Shown here piece by piece: positions 1 to 12,545 of a stretch of 64,000 nt of DNA. The notes beneath the pieces are model-generated. The model was not told where the DNA came from. It was given only the letters and a program-made list of their open reading frames with translations, and ran no database searches. The DNA comes from Epiperipatus broadwayi (Eukaryota > Animalia > Onychophora), in assembly GCA_028023455.1 (NCBI GenBank), contig JAQFVV010000006.1, positions 6,386,001 to 6,450,000 of the forward strand. Direction: 5' to 3'. A program made the translations under genes and the position numbers. The number at the start of each line of letters is the position of its first letter. The stretch's first letter is position 1.

Positions 1-190
1 GAATGTTGTGTGTTTAATGAAGAATGTACAAACAAATATTTCTTTGGTAATACAGGGAATAAAGCAGTGTGTTTATTGTGTCATGAAAAAAGGTGCGGCC
101 ATCCGCTAACCTTCGCTTCCACAAAGTGGCCCTCGATGCGGCCCTCCACCAACCTGTGTGGCCCTGAACAAAAACAATTGCCCACACCTG
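1..190 (+). mobile_element. Right end of an internally deleted hAT (SPIN/Charlie-like) DNA transposon
   Basis: ORF 10-270 begins FNEECTNKYFF..NKAVCLLCHE, resembling the N-terminal Zn-binding region of Charlie/SPIN-type transposases. It jumps to TTGCCCACACCTG (178-190), a CAG-type hAT terminus on the reverse strand. The left end is outside the window. Confidence 0.6.
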
Positions 191-2757
191 CTCTAAATTT
201 TAAAAGTCGGCCACAAGTTACTTATAGTGTATGGATTGGAGCAATGGTACTCTGTAGTGATAATTTATAATCCTGAGTTGAAAATTATAGACTTCGTAGA
301 GGTCGTTCAATTGTTTCCTATGTAATTGACCTTGCAAGTATTTTTAAGCTTAAAAAAAATACTAAAATATCAAATTTTATTACTGGGGGGGGGGGGAGAT
401 TGTTTTTGATAAACTATAGTCAAGATAATTATCATTCACTACTGAAAGCTCATATTTTTTAAATCCTTTGTATTGCATAACTAAGTTAGTCTTGAGGTCA
501 TATTTAAATAATTGAGCTTAATGGAAACAGACATTAATAACCAACAATGTACTGATCTCAAAACTTCTTCTGCATACTAAATACTTTACTGAATCTTTTG
601 AGATTAAAAAAAAGTGCCCCCCCCTCCCATTTATCAATAAAATATTTCATTGTTACTTTTTTTTAATTTAAAAAAAAAAGCATGCAAATTTTACAGATAA
701 ATTAAAGAATTTTTTAAAAAATGTGTCTGCGATATAAATTGTCTTTTAGAAACTCAATAATTAAGCATAATATTGAATGACTTGGATTTTCACATCCTCT
801 TATTGGACTTCTGAACCTTATATAGTACAGCACACAACATGTTATTGGATAATTATCAAACAGTGCACAATTCATTCAACATCGGAATAAGTTGATGTGG
901 TCATTTCAATTACAGAAAAAGAAACACAAAACACAGAAATTTAAAGGTAAATTTTGCAATGGCTATACAAACGAATCCGTGAACTGTATGTTTGCAGGTC
1001 TTAATTAGTAAATCCTGGATTGTCTCAGTAATACAGCAATAAACTGATGAGTTAAAGATCCTTGAATATAAAACTGATTTGTAATATTACTGATGCTTGA
1101 ACAACATCATCGGAATCGTCAAATTAGTTGTAATATTCCCATGACTATCAATCAAGTCTCCAACTTACACATTATTGTTTCGGCAACATATTCTTTTATT
1201 TCCAACACAGCAATACCACCTAATTTAAGCTTTAGCAAGATAATAGATGCTGGCTGGTATGAATTTATTAAGCCCTATCATTTAAGCTTACATTCGGTGA
1301 CATAGTTGTTGTAGAAGACAAATTGGAGTTGTAACGCTCACTTAACGATCTTTGCCACCATGTTGAAATAATCAGCCAATCAGCTCTCACAAGACAATTA
1401 TTCTGTTACCTGAACATCACTTATCAGTTTTGTAATAGGCTGTCATCTAGTCTACTACAATATGATTTGTAAGAAGACCATTTTCATCTAAATTCCAAAT
1501 CTAGGATGACTCGATCCTAAGGCCTGAAGTAAATTGTAACAAAGTCTTACAAACTTAAATATTTAAATATTATAACAAATGGCTTAATATATTATATTTA
1601 GCGCAGATCGACTGTATACTTATATAGACTACGGAGTAATTATAAGCAAATGTACATTAGGTACTGTCAAAAAAATAAAAATTTAACTCAATTTTTTTTT
1701 TGTCTTAGTAATTAAAGTTGCAAGTACTTGGGTTCATATGTAGAATAAAATAATCAATCTATATATATATAAGCGTGTGTAGTTAATTCTAAATAAAAAT
1801 AATTCCATTGTTAACCACTTGATCTTATGTTATAAAAACTCCTACATTCCCTTGATCCGGGTATTGCCCAAGTTGAGTGAACCGTGAAATTGTTTTGTAT
1901 CACAAAGTGGCTTGGGTTTTTTTTTTTTTTTTTCAAGTAGATGATTCATAAATTAAACACTGGTCAGTAAGTGGGTATCTAATTATTCTTAACTAGAAGA
2001 GTAAGATCCAAAATGCTTGACTGGGACAGAATGAGTTTCAATGGTCCAATTGTAAAAATAAAAATATGACTATAATATAGCGTGACCTATATATTGCTGG
2101 ATGGATAGCTGTAACATTCCTACCAGCATAGACTCTTGACTTTTTATTTTATCCTATAATATTAGCTGTAATATGCACCAAAAATTATTATATATAAGTT
2201 AAAATTTGACGAATTTCTACTTAAGAACTTTTAGCAAAAGAATAAAGTAATTACAAATAAATTAGTCAACCGTCAGCTTAATATATATATATATGTAAAT
2301 TAATTAGTAAGTGAGATGACTTATACTGTATATATATGAAGTTAAATCCATAGCCAAGGGATATTGATGTGCTGCGTCAATCAGACTGAATAAAAACAAT
2401 AGCAAACCAATCCAAGCTACCACTAACCACATGAATGCACCTTGATTGTGGATTTAACTTCATATATAATGTTTCCATTTACTAATTAATTTACAACTAT
2501 ATTAACCATTAAAAATATTAGATTTAAATATATATATTGGAACATACTTATAACATTCCATTTCACACATATTTCAATCAATGCCCCATATGTCTCTTCA
2601 ACATCCTCATTCAGTATTTATCAAGTTATAATTTTGCTTAAAGATGCACTTTAATTAAAGATTAATATATACCTTATTAAACAACCTTAGCTTAACGATA
2701 TGAAGCTGAAATGCAAGTAACTAACTCCCAAAGAACTTTGTAAGAAAGTAATAAAAC

Positions 2758-3002
2758 GTGTAAAACTCACTATACGTATTGCCACACACAGCAAGCTAGA
2801 GTAATCAATGGATGCCAGAAGGCTTGTGCATAAAATCCCCATCTAGTGCCTACTCATTCAATATCTCCAGACTAGTTTCTGGCTTATGGCCTTCTTCAGT
2901 GAGGAGTCTTGAATCCGAAAGCACTGCAATATGTATAGTGAGTTTTGCTTGTTTTAACAACAGTTATAAGCAAGCATAAGAAATGGTGATCATGTAATGT
3001 TT
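2758..3002 (-). mobile_element. Family A HHR-bearing non-autonomous retroelement (retrozyme-like) with inverted 3'-end piece
   Basis: 2758-2928 is the reverse complement of the family A unit seen at 25663-26365. 2932-3002 is a plus-oriented copy of the family terminus ending ATGGTGATCATGTAATGTTT. Confidence 0.8.
2865..2904 (-). ncRNA. Minimal type I hammerhead ribozyme, family A, core intact
   Basis: Minus strand CCTCA-CTGAAGA-A-GGC/CATAA/GCC-A-GAAA-CTAG-TC-TGGAG. GUC triplet, palindromic stem III ACTAGT. Distal stem I is ATTCAA/TTGAAT versus ATCCAA/TTGGAT in other copies, a compensatory change. Confidence 0.85.
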
Positions 3003-3770
3003 ATTGGCTTAAGAAAGTAATAGTCAAACATCACCAAATTATTAAAAGAATGGAATGACCACCCATAATTTTAGTTTTGATGGTATTTAAACATTAATTT
3101 GCTGATATCGTTATAATTTAAAGACTGCAATCTGAATATTAGTTTGATATATATACAGCGTAAATGATCTGAGATCATTATTTAACTATTTAGAGGAGAA
3201 AAACTGTACCCATTTTAACAATCCTCAAATGCTAAATGAAATGTCAGCTTCACAAATATAATCATAAATAACAATGAAACTAAAACAGAAGTAATTAATT
3301 CTCAAAAGCTAAATAAATGAGCGGCCATTCCATTCTTTTAATAATTTGTTGATGTTTGAGTAATACTTTTTTTCATAGCTCTTTAGAGATTAGTTACTTT
3401 TATGTCAGTTATCTTTTATTATTAAACATAACCACATGAAATAATTAATCACTGACATTCCACTTTATGCCATGTAAAATATATATCCCAAAAGCACTTA
3501 CATCTTCTATTTTCTTGCATAAACTTTAATTCCATGGATAAAGACACCTGAAAAAATAAATGATCACTGAAAATGTATTTTATGTTGAACCAGTGTTACT
3601 TAGCCCAGATTACACCCTCTTGAACATCTTCATCATCCTTGTTTACTACTTATTATTATCAAATTATTATAATTTAACCTACATATGTCAAAGTTTTCCC
3701 ACACACAATTATGACACCCCACCACCACCAATAAATAAATACCTCAATACGGTTAAGCTTTAGGAAGTCT

Positions 3771-4065
3771 AGATGTTTACATTGAGTGCAATGGATTCCA
3801 TTACAAACAAGCAACAGGAAGTTATGTTGAGTGCAATGGATTCCATTAAAAACAAGCAACAGGAAGTTATGTTGAGTGCAATGGATTCCATTAAAAACAA
3901 TCAATAGGAGGTCAAGATGTTTACGTTGAGCGCAATGGATTCCATTAAAAACAATCAATAGGAAGTCAAGATGTTTGCATTGAGCACAATGGATTCCATT
4001 AAAAACAATCAACAGGAAGTCAGGATGTTTACATTGAGTGCAATGGATTCCATAAAAACAATCAA
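3771..4065. repeat. Minisatellite, six units of 45 or 54 bp
   Basis: CAATGGATTCCAT starts at 3789, 3834, 3879, 3933, 3987 and 4041 (periods 45,45,54,54,54). Confidence 0.9.
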
Positions 4066-4786
4066 ATGTTTTGTTGCTTGAAGTTCAAGCATCAAAAATG
4101 ATAGAATTGAGCTGTGACAAATTGACTTTGGACTCTAGAGTCGGCCATTCTATATATCAAATGAAGAGGGACAACAGATCCATTCAACTGATTAAACTGT
4201 TTCCCCCCTTGACTAAGGGTCAATTCAGAAAACTTTTAGTTCTTAACTTCATCATTTCTATTACTGCATATTGAATTGTTTAAAATGGTGTCACAATTTA
4301 AAACATTAAAATGGAAACAAGATTTCATGACTTTCATCTCAGTTAAAAGAGCATTCTTTATTATTGCTATATGCACTAAGTCCGTTAGCTGTATTATCCT
4401 CTAAAATTAGTTTTTGTGTCTATCACTCTACCACTATTCAAAACAATACCAGGAATCGAAAAAATATATATTTATCAAGTTCTTACATTTTCATTTACCA
4501 GTGTCAAACTTCCTCCACTCACAACTTTGATGCCATCCATTTTAGATAAATACAATAATGATTGTTACTAATCATTTTCGAAACTAGAGATTATCTCTAG
4601 CACAGATATAAACTTTAAACCTCAGTTAAAGATTAATATATCTGACTTTTTATTTATTTTACATACAGAATTATTAACCGTTCTCTTTCTTGTGTGTAAT
4701 ATCTTATAGATATAATAAACACCTCTACACTTTCCCATTCTTTTTAAATTCATTTAAATAAAGATATAATAAAAGACAAATGATCC

Positions 4787-4826
4787 CCAAGATGCATTTC
4801 ATACTGAATCAGCACTCATCAGTTGG
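4787..4826 (-). ncRNA. Orphan minimal type I hammerhead ribozyme, family B-like
   Basis: Minus strand CCAA-CTGATGA-G-TGCT/GATTC/AGTA-T-GAAA-TGCA-TC-TTGG. Stem III palindrome ATGCAT, AUC triplet, upstream CTGGACCAA shared with family B. Confidence 0.75.
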
Positions 4827-5171
4827 TCCAGGTCACAATCTCTTATATATATCTTTATTATATGAAAAATATTTATCAAGATGTTTGCACAGCATACATT
4901 AGACTTCTTTAATTGCTTCCACTAGAATTTAAAAAAAAAATAAAGCTATATTTATATATCATAACATATTCAGAATTTATGGTATCTCTGGCATATTATA
5001 AATATTATGCATATAGCTGTAAATTTCCCATTCAGTGTATTATAAATAATAAGCATAATGTGTTAAGTCATACATTGCTAATGTCTAAAATGTTAAATAA
5101 ACACAAATGAATTTACTTTTGTCTGCAGTAATAGAACAACCAATGAACTTATATCAAAACAAAAAGGCTAA

Positions 5172-5590
5172 TTGTTTTATTGCTTGGGAGTTCATATGAA
5201 GTTTGAGCACCGGAATCAATCCCGGGATCTCCTATTCCCAGGTTGGTTGCTCTGACAACTGTGCCAAACTGCACAGGTAAAGTGACATATAAGAAACAAT
5301 CCTAGAACCTAACAATCCCAAGATGGATGCTCTATGAACAGGACCAAACTGTGCAGATAAAAAGGCATGGCTTTATTGCTCAAGATTTCACAAGAAGTTT
5401 GAGTATTAGAAACAATCCTGGAACCTAGCAATTCCAAGAAGGATGCTCTACGAACTGGGCCAAAGTGTGCAGGTAAAAAGGCATACGGTTTTGTTGCTCA
5501 AGAATTCATAAAAAGTTTGAATGCCAGAAACAATTCTGGAACCTCCCAATCCAAAGATGGATGTTTTACCAACTAGGACAAAATGCACAG
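5172..5590 (-). mobile_element. Tandem array (about four units, ~115 bp) of tRNA-derived SINE family 1
   Basis: First unit on the minus strand has A-box-like TGGCACAGTTG, B-box-like GGATTGATTCC and the family tail TTCATATGAACTCCCAAGCAATAA. More degenerate units follow head-to-tail. Confidence 0.65.
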
Positions 5591-6143
5591 AGCTTATATG
5601 AAAATGAAATTAGATAACAATAAATGCAAAAATGAAACTGTTTTATTGCAGATATAAACAATTTTCAAGTGAATTTGAAGTTTGCTTAATATTATCCAAG
5701 TCGAATCAATAAATATTAACTTTTTAATTGCCTTGAGAAAGATCAAAATCATCGCTAATATTTACAGTCTGAAATTCCTTAACTAATATATTTAGACCTA
5801 CAATATTACTCACTCCCAAATGGCATGTAATACATTAAGTCTCACAGTGCTAATATCCAAACTACTAAATAAACAAGTGTTTGTTGAACAGTTTGGTTAT
5901 CAGCATTACGAGATTTGACCATTATTTGTCATTCTTTGAGAAGGAGATATTATATATTACAGGCTATAAATATATAATATTTATATACTAAACACACGAA
6001 ATTATTTCTTGTGTAATTCTTTGTAAATATTTTATCACAGATATAATTTAACCTTTAATTTTTCGTTATAATGCAAGTATTCAAATACCCCAAAATACTT
6101 TTTTAGGTAGATCAACATTTGATTTATATAAACATAATAGATA

Positions 6144-6778
6144 ATAAAGATTGATTACGATGAGTTAGAAGAAGTTAAAAGTTACAAATACCTTGTTCAG
6201 ATTATTAATACATATGGAAACATAATGGATGAAATTAATCATAGAATTAAATTTGATTGGAGTGCTTTTGGTAGAAATAATTTGATACTAAAAGGAAATA
6301 TGCCTATGTGTTTGAAAAGGAAGGTTTTTAATAAATGTGTTTTAGCAGTTCTTACTTATGGATCTGAGACTTGGACACTTAATAGAAGAGCAATACAGAG
6401 ACTTCAGACCACTCAAAGAAGTACGGAGAGATGCACGTTGGGAGTAACAAGAAGAGATCGAAAGTGCAATATATGGATAATTGAACAAACAGGTGTTACT
6501 GACCTCATTGAAAAAATTAAAAGACTGAAGTGGAGTTGGGCTGGACATATTGCTAGAATAGATCATAATAGATGGACAATTGAAATCTTAAACTGGATTC
6601 CAAGAGATTGTAAAAGACCCAGAAAGAGACCACATGTGAGATGGATGGATGAAGTAAGAAAGGGTGCAGGGGTGATGGTAATGTGGAGAAGAGAAGCTAG
6701 AGATCAGAGAAGATGGATTGAACCTGGAGAGACCTTCATCCTGCAATGGATTGATAATGGTTGATGATGATGATGATG
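6144..6778 (+). mobile_element. 5'-truncated RTE-clade LINE
   Basis: Encodes a typical RTE post-RT C-terminus, ends in a (TGA)n tail at ~6762-6778, and has a candidate 8-bp TSD AATAGATA at 6136-6143 and 6779-6786. Confidence 0.88.
6225..6764 (+). pseudogene. RTE LINE ORF C-terminal fragment (179 aa)
   Basis: Motifs LKRKVFNKCVLAVLTYGSETWTL, KWSWAGHIAR and WIPRDCKRPRKRP..RWMD are characteristic of RTE-clade ORFs. Confidence 0.85.
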
Positions 6779-9704
6779 AATAGATATTGAACTTTTATTT
6801 TGGTTTCATCAGTATTTTCATTCCTAAACTAAAACTAAAAAATATTTTCATTCCTAAACTAAAACTAAAAAATATTTTGAACCTGTATTAATTATTTCTT
6901 ATGCTAAATAATGTTCATTTTTTTATTTTATATACAAAAAAAAATATCTTCAAATCTCAGCAAATGAAAAATTGAAAAGCAATTGTCTCAATAAAACAAT
7001 AATTGCTTCTTTTATTAAGATTAAAAACTTGTTTGAAAAGCAAATTTTTTCTAGCTTTTTTTTAAGTACATCATTTTGAATTACATTCCTAAGAAATTAA
7101 GGGCATACTTTTAAAAAAAGCACACACACACACAAACATGATATTAACTAATATAATTTATAGTTTGTACCTGGTGCAGCTGTTTTAACAGATTGTGTAA
7201 GCGTAAGAAATGGTGGTCGTGTGATGCTTTAGTAGTTTAATAATTTATACGTATGAAGTTAAAACATTAAAAGATTAATTATTTATGTTAATAAAAGATA
7301 ATTATTTTAACTTAATATATATTTATAATATTTTTATTTTTCAGTGATAGTTAATATATGTTTTATGTCTGCAAAATATTTAATAGCTCACCACAGAATC
7401 AGCCTTTTTAACAATCCCTCAAAAAGGACAATGAAAGAAAAGGCAGTACTCAAGAAGTTTGTTACCTCCTAAGTAGTCAATGTTTGGAAGCATGTTTTCC
7501 ATCTTTGTTTTACCACTAACTAAAAAATATCTAGAGACCCATTAACCAACCAATATCAGATGGTTCAGCTATCTGAAAAAAAATTGTCTGTTTAAAATCT
7601 GAAACAATTTTCAAGTGTATTCCTGCTAAGGTTCAAATCCAGGTTATAGACATGGTGTGCACATGCTGTCATTGGATCATGAACACCTTCCTCTAAAACA
7701 GTGCATTAGTTTAAATATATTTATTACATTCTGTGTCAACCACAACTTACTAAGTCGTTTTCAATTGTGCCTTCTTTGTTACTAATGACCTTTAAAATAT
7801 TTCACCCAAAAAACAAGAAATATTCAAAAAAGTAAAATTCAGAAAAATTTATAAGACAAAAAGTTTAAAATGCATTTATTTCGTGTCTGTTCACAAACCA
7901 TTTCCAATTTTGTATTAAATATTTAAGAGATTTCAATAAAATATTTCAGTAGAAATTAAATGTGACAGAAATTCGAAACTACAGTAAAAAGGTTCATAAG
8001 TTGTAAAAAGAGTTATAAGAGGCAAAATAAATAACTTGATTATAAAAATCATATGTTAAATTTTATTTAAAATTTTTCTATTCCTGTTACTTATTTTGCT
8101 AGAAGACAAGTTTTATAACTGTAAGGAGTGTTTCCCAACACAAAGAACTAAACTAAATAATTCTATGGTTAGATTCTTGGGAGTGGCAAGTTATATATAT
8201 ATGTATAATCAACTATACCTAATCAAAGTAAAATAAATCAATCAATAAATTGACCATTAACAATATCACACTAAAATAATCAGCCAGTCAGATCTCAGAA
8301 TACAATTATTTCCCATCAATTAAACCATTCATCAGATGCCAACAAACTCTTGCTAATACCCAAACATATGTGAAGCTTTACCCAACTGGACATATAAAAT
8401 CATATAGTTAATTGTGTGAGAGGCTAGGCAATATACAAGCACTCTAGTGACCGATTGAAGATTTAATCAATCAGAAGTAGTCTCTTTATGCCCTCAGCTA
8501 AGAATTGTTCTTGGAAGTTGAAGTCAGCACTCAGTATTCAAATAGTGTGGCAAACGTGCAGCAAGATGGCAGGTCAAATACAGCTAACCAAACTGAGTTA
8601 ACAGGTATATGACTGATCAAACACACGTGTCTAAAGTGAGTTATTAAACACGTATGACCAAATCGAGTTATTAGGCATATGACAAATTTAATCCATCCGA
8701 TCAAACTGACATTTTATTTATTTTACACATCTCAAAAGCTTTAATTTCTTTGCTCTGCCATTTTTCTGTTGCACTAAACCACTTCTGATAGTGATTGCCC
8801 ATCAGGGCTTTGCAGTGACCCTCAATAAAATTATTAGAGCAAACAATGTTAATATAATGAGGTACATGTAAAGTTTAATATTTAAATTCCATTCATTATC
8901 ATTATAAAATAGATAATGAAATAGTTGGTAAATAGGAAGTCACGTGATATTTTGGCAAAGAATTGATAGGTTCAGATTTGATCCAAGAATTTTCAAATTT
9001 ATTATTCCATCACTGCGCTAAATTACACAGTAAATGTGATACTAGAAACATATAATTCCATTGTTACATTCATACTAAGAAATGACCGATGGCACTAGAT
9101 GCTTACGATGAGTAAATTTTGTAATGATGTACATAGTCACCAGAGACTATAAGATAAAAAGAAAATGGAGAAAAAACAGGAAAAATACTAAGGTGAAGTA
9201 ACTCTGTCATAAATAACTTAAGTAAATAAATAAAATAATTTTTCTTTATATACTTTTTTAAATGCAAAACCTGGTCCTTGTTATTATTTATTGTCTAACA
9301 GTTTCGACTATCTTTCATTCTTCATCAAAGCTGTAATATATGTGTTTATATATATAGATATATGAAAACAAATGATAATATGTTAATTTTTCATTGTTAT
9401 TCCTTTCGTTCTTATTTTAATAAATTGGCCAAAACATTTTGAATGTTGCTAAAGAAAATGTTATTAATATGTATTTATTTTTATTAAACATAGCAGAGTG
9501 TACTTTTTTGGTTTATAAAATCATAACAAACCTTTTCTTTAGCCAATGTTCAAAATGTTTCAGCCAATTTATTATATTAATTTTTCTGTATAATTTTTAT
9601 TAATATATTTAATTTATATTTTTTTAAATATGCATCTAAATTCTTTAATTTTTGGTAATTTTATATTGATTTTATTATATTTTCATTACAAGTATTTTAT
9701 TGTC

Positions 9705-9810
9705 GTCTTGCATTGGTGGTCGGGAGGTCAGCGCGACTGCCTTGCACTTGCAGGCAGTTGCCCGGGTTGCGGGTTCGCGTCCCAGCCGATGCTATGACAC
9801 TTTAAAAAAA
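9705..9810 (+). mobile_element. tRNA-derived SINE family 2
   Basis: GGTGGTCGGGAGG (A box), GGGTTCGCGTCC (B-box-like), conserved end GATGCTATGACAC plus A-rich tail. Four further copies in the window. Confidence 0.8.
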
Positions 9811-10187
9811 AGTATTTTATTGTCACTTTTATTTATATATTTTTTTGTATATGACTTATTTTCCTATTTTTACGTTTTGTATACTTTATCTTTATTAATT
9901 CTATACTCTATTTATTATAGTTTGTTTTATATTGTATTTTATATTTATATCTAATATTGATTTTTTTTTTACATTTACTTATCTTCTATTTTTCTTCCAT
10001 TAACATAATATCTTGTATTGTTATTTTTCTATCTTTATTAATAATTTCTTAGAAAATCAAGTTATGAAAGTCTTATTTTTCTTTTACCTTTTGTTCACTC
10101 GTGCATTTTACTATTACATATTATAATAATTAATAAAGCAAGTCATATATAACACAACACTACTTTTATAAGCTTGTAATTACAAAA

Positions 10188-10767
10188 ATGCAATACAGAG
10201 GGCGTACCAATAGCTCAAACAAGCTCTTAATTAATAAGTGCAATATGAGAAAATATTTAAAATCTCTAACTAGAACATTCTCATCCCCAGACCAACTGTT
10301 TTTGAGCTTATGGCTCACATCAGTGGAGAACTAGAATATTTGGATACTAGATCTAAAATATAAACTCAAAACCCAGTAATGTCACGTTATATATGACTTG
10401 CTTTATTAATTATTATAATTTTACCTTTAAGGCTTTGGCTATGCTGAGGCTATTAAAATATGGTGGATCTGAATTTAGTTCAGTCCCATATAGCTATTTA
10501 AGTTAGTAAGCTGGATTTAAAGACATTTTCATGTCCAAAAATTTCAGAGTTTCTACTTAAATATACATTTGAAATAAGTGCTGAGTTTTGAGTTTATATT
10601 TTAAATCTAGTGTCCAAATATTCTAGCTTTCCACTGATGTGAGCCATAAGCTCAAAACCAATTGGTCTGGAGATGAGAATGTTCTGGATAGAGATTTTAA
10701 ATAGTTTCTCATACCGCAATTATTAATTAAGAGCTTGTTTGAGCTATTGGTATGCTCTTTGTATTGC
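10188..10767. mobile_element. Family A2 fold-back element (~190-bp inverted arms), each arm with a variant HHR
   Basis: 10188-10376 is the reverse complement of ~10578-10760. The spacer shares GCTGAACTAAGTTCAG-type sequence with family A and with 56660-56975. HHR-like motifs at 10285-10327 (-) and 10630-10671 (+). Confidence 0.8.
10630..10671 (+). ncRNA. Hammerhead-fold motif with non-canonical core (U9, A12)
   Basis: TCCA-CTGATGT-GAGC/CATAA/GCTC-AAAA-CCAATTGG-TC-TGGA. All stems are perfect but A9 is T and G12 is A. Confidence 0.6.
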
Positions 10768-11275
10768 ATTACATATTATATAACCTCAAAACTAAACAGT
10801 CTCACAAAATAACAAAAATAATGTCAAGAGCCTACAGTCAATGGCAAACAAAAATAGTTAATAAGTAAAATAAAGAGTAAGATGCATAATCAATGAGCTT
10901 ACTTATATCATTTTATATTCCATGAAAACACAATTTTCATGAGTATTCATTTTTATTGGAAGCATCTCATAAAATAAAAATGAAACTATTATTCAATAAT
11001 ATTTATTTAAAACAATGTTTTTACTTAATTTAGCAAGTAATGCACTAAAAATCAAAGAATATTTTATTTCTTCAATCATAATTTAAGGATTGAATTAATT
11101 AATTTATGGATACCCCAAACTGTTATTTCTAGTTGGCTGAAAAAAAAAATTGTTTGGCTTTACCCACATTATTTATCAAATTAAATGAAAGTGTTTTTTC
11201 TAATATTGCAGTTTGTTCACTATACTTTAAACACTTTTTGGCAAAAACTTTTTATTATACATATATGCATATACA

Positions 11276-11314
11276 ATCTTATGTTTCGACTGTCCTGCAG
11301 TCTTCTTCAGAGTC
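11276..11314 (-). ncRNA. Minimal type I hammerhead motif, family D (mirror copy)
   Basis: Minus strand GACT-CTGAAGA-A-GACTG/CAGGA/CAGTC-GAAA-CA-TA-AGAT. Confidence 0.7.
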
Positions 11315-11357
11315 ACTTTTACTTTAAATGTTTTTTTTTTACTTTTAAAGTAAAAGT

Positions 11358-11396
11358 GGCTCTGAAGATGACTGCAAGGCAGTCGAAACATAAGAT
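11358..11396 (+). ncRNA. Minimal type I hammerhead motif, family D
   Basis: GGCT-CTGAAGA-T-GACTGC/AAG/GCAGTC-GAAA-CA-TA-AGAT. Perfect 6-bp stem II, weak stem I, ACAT probably decayed from the palindrome ACGT. Confidence 0.7.
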
Positions 11397-12307
11397 CATG
11401 TATGGTTTTTGCTAAAAAGTGTTTAAAGTATAGTGAATAAGTTGCATTTATATAAGATATTATAGCAAAATAAAGGAAGTGGTAAATTTGGTAAATATTT
11501 ATAAAATATTGTATATTATTGCTATAATATCAAAATATTTAGCAGCAGATGTTTTGTAACTATTCATGCTCAAATTTAAAAAATGAGAATGTAAACAATG
11601 TTGCCATATTTCTAGTATTTGAAATGAAATTGCGGTGAAATGATGTAAAAAAAAAATTTTGTTTAAAAGACAGTGTTTTAAAAAAAGCAAGTTTTAGTTT
11701 ATTTCATGAGTACTAATGTATAATATGAATTGTGGACTTAATCAATGAAGTATTGAATACACGCTCTCAGATCTAACCACTTCAGATTCACCTATTTATA
11801 TAGAAAATAGGTTGAAGTAAAAAAGAGTTCCCCTCTTTTTTTCCAATGCGTAAGCTTGTGGTTAAGACCTGTAGAGGTTCCTACCTTCACATTTTCAGCC
11901 ACATATGCTTTGGGTTTATTGCCTTGGTAAATATTAAACAATCAAGAGAAATTAAGATTTCATTCTTCATTTCTTTTCGATTTTAATTAACGGGAAAAAT
12001 GATTTTTAGTGAATTGGTCATGAAAATTCATTGAAAGTGTAATTTTAAAAATATATACTGCCATCTACTGTGCATCACTGAAAACTTAATGAACTGATTT
12101 CAATGCATTTGAAGTTTGGCTAGACAACTATGAAATATTTCAGTATCATATTGCATTGCCATTGATGCTTAACATATGTATAAAATTTGAAGAAAATCCG
12201 TTCGCTAGAAGTATAGTAAAAATTATTTACCAAGATTTGATCCAAACAAACAAACAAAATTTCCAGTTAAATAGAAGTGGTTAATAAAAAATAGTGATAA
12301 CCAAATG

Positions 12308-12545
12308 GTTAATTGCTCAGGAGTTCATAGGACATTCAAGTCGTAGAAATGTTGGACCAGAATCCATGGATCTAGAGCTCCAGAATTCATCATGCTACTA
12401 TTGTGCCAAAACATGTAATACTAAATAATTGAAAGGGGTTTATGTCTTGGGAGTTTGTAAAATGTTTTAATTACTGAAAATGGTAGAACTGGGCCATGAT
12501 CTGGAAATCTTGAATTTCAGAAGTGACAGAACTGAGCTACATTTC
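12308..12545 (-). mobile_element. Two tandem degenerate SINE family 1 copies
   Basis: Two occurrences of the family tail (ATTGCTCAGGAGTTCATAGG; GTCTTGGGAGTTTGTAAA), each followed by a tRNA-like head on the minus strand. Confidence 0.55.

Larger units (their letters stand above)
11206..11446. mobile_element. Family D fold-back element with divergent HHRs
   Basis: TTCACTATACTTTAAACACTTTTTGGCAAAAAC (from 11216) is mirrored by GTTTTTGCTAAAAAGTGTTTAAAGTATAGTGAA (to 11437). HHR motifs at 11276-11314 (-) and 11358-11396 (+). Confidence 0.8.

Noticed and set aside
1046-1080. Isolated CTGATGA here and at ~37252 and ~62258
   Set aside because: No downstream stem II plus GAAA. The 37252 case lies within mariner coding sequence.
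3771-4065. CRISPR-like appearance (palindromic repeat with spacers)
   Set aside because: The intervening sequences are copies of each other, not unique spacers. The context is eukaryotic and there are no cas genes.
6342-6566. Minus-strand ORF overlapping the RTE
   Set aside because: It is an antisense shadow of the RTE ORF.
9705-9810. SINE copies as real tRNA genes
   Set aside because: No 7-bp acceptor stem, copies are diverged, and they share non-tRNA 3' tails.
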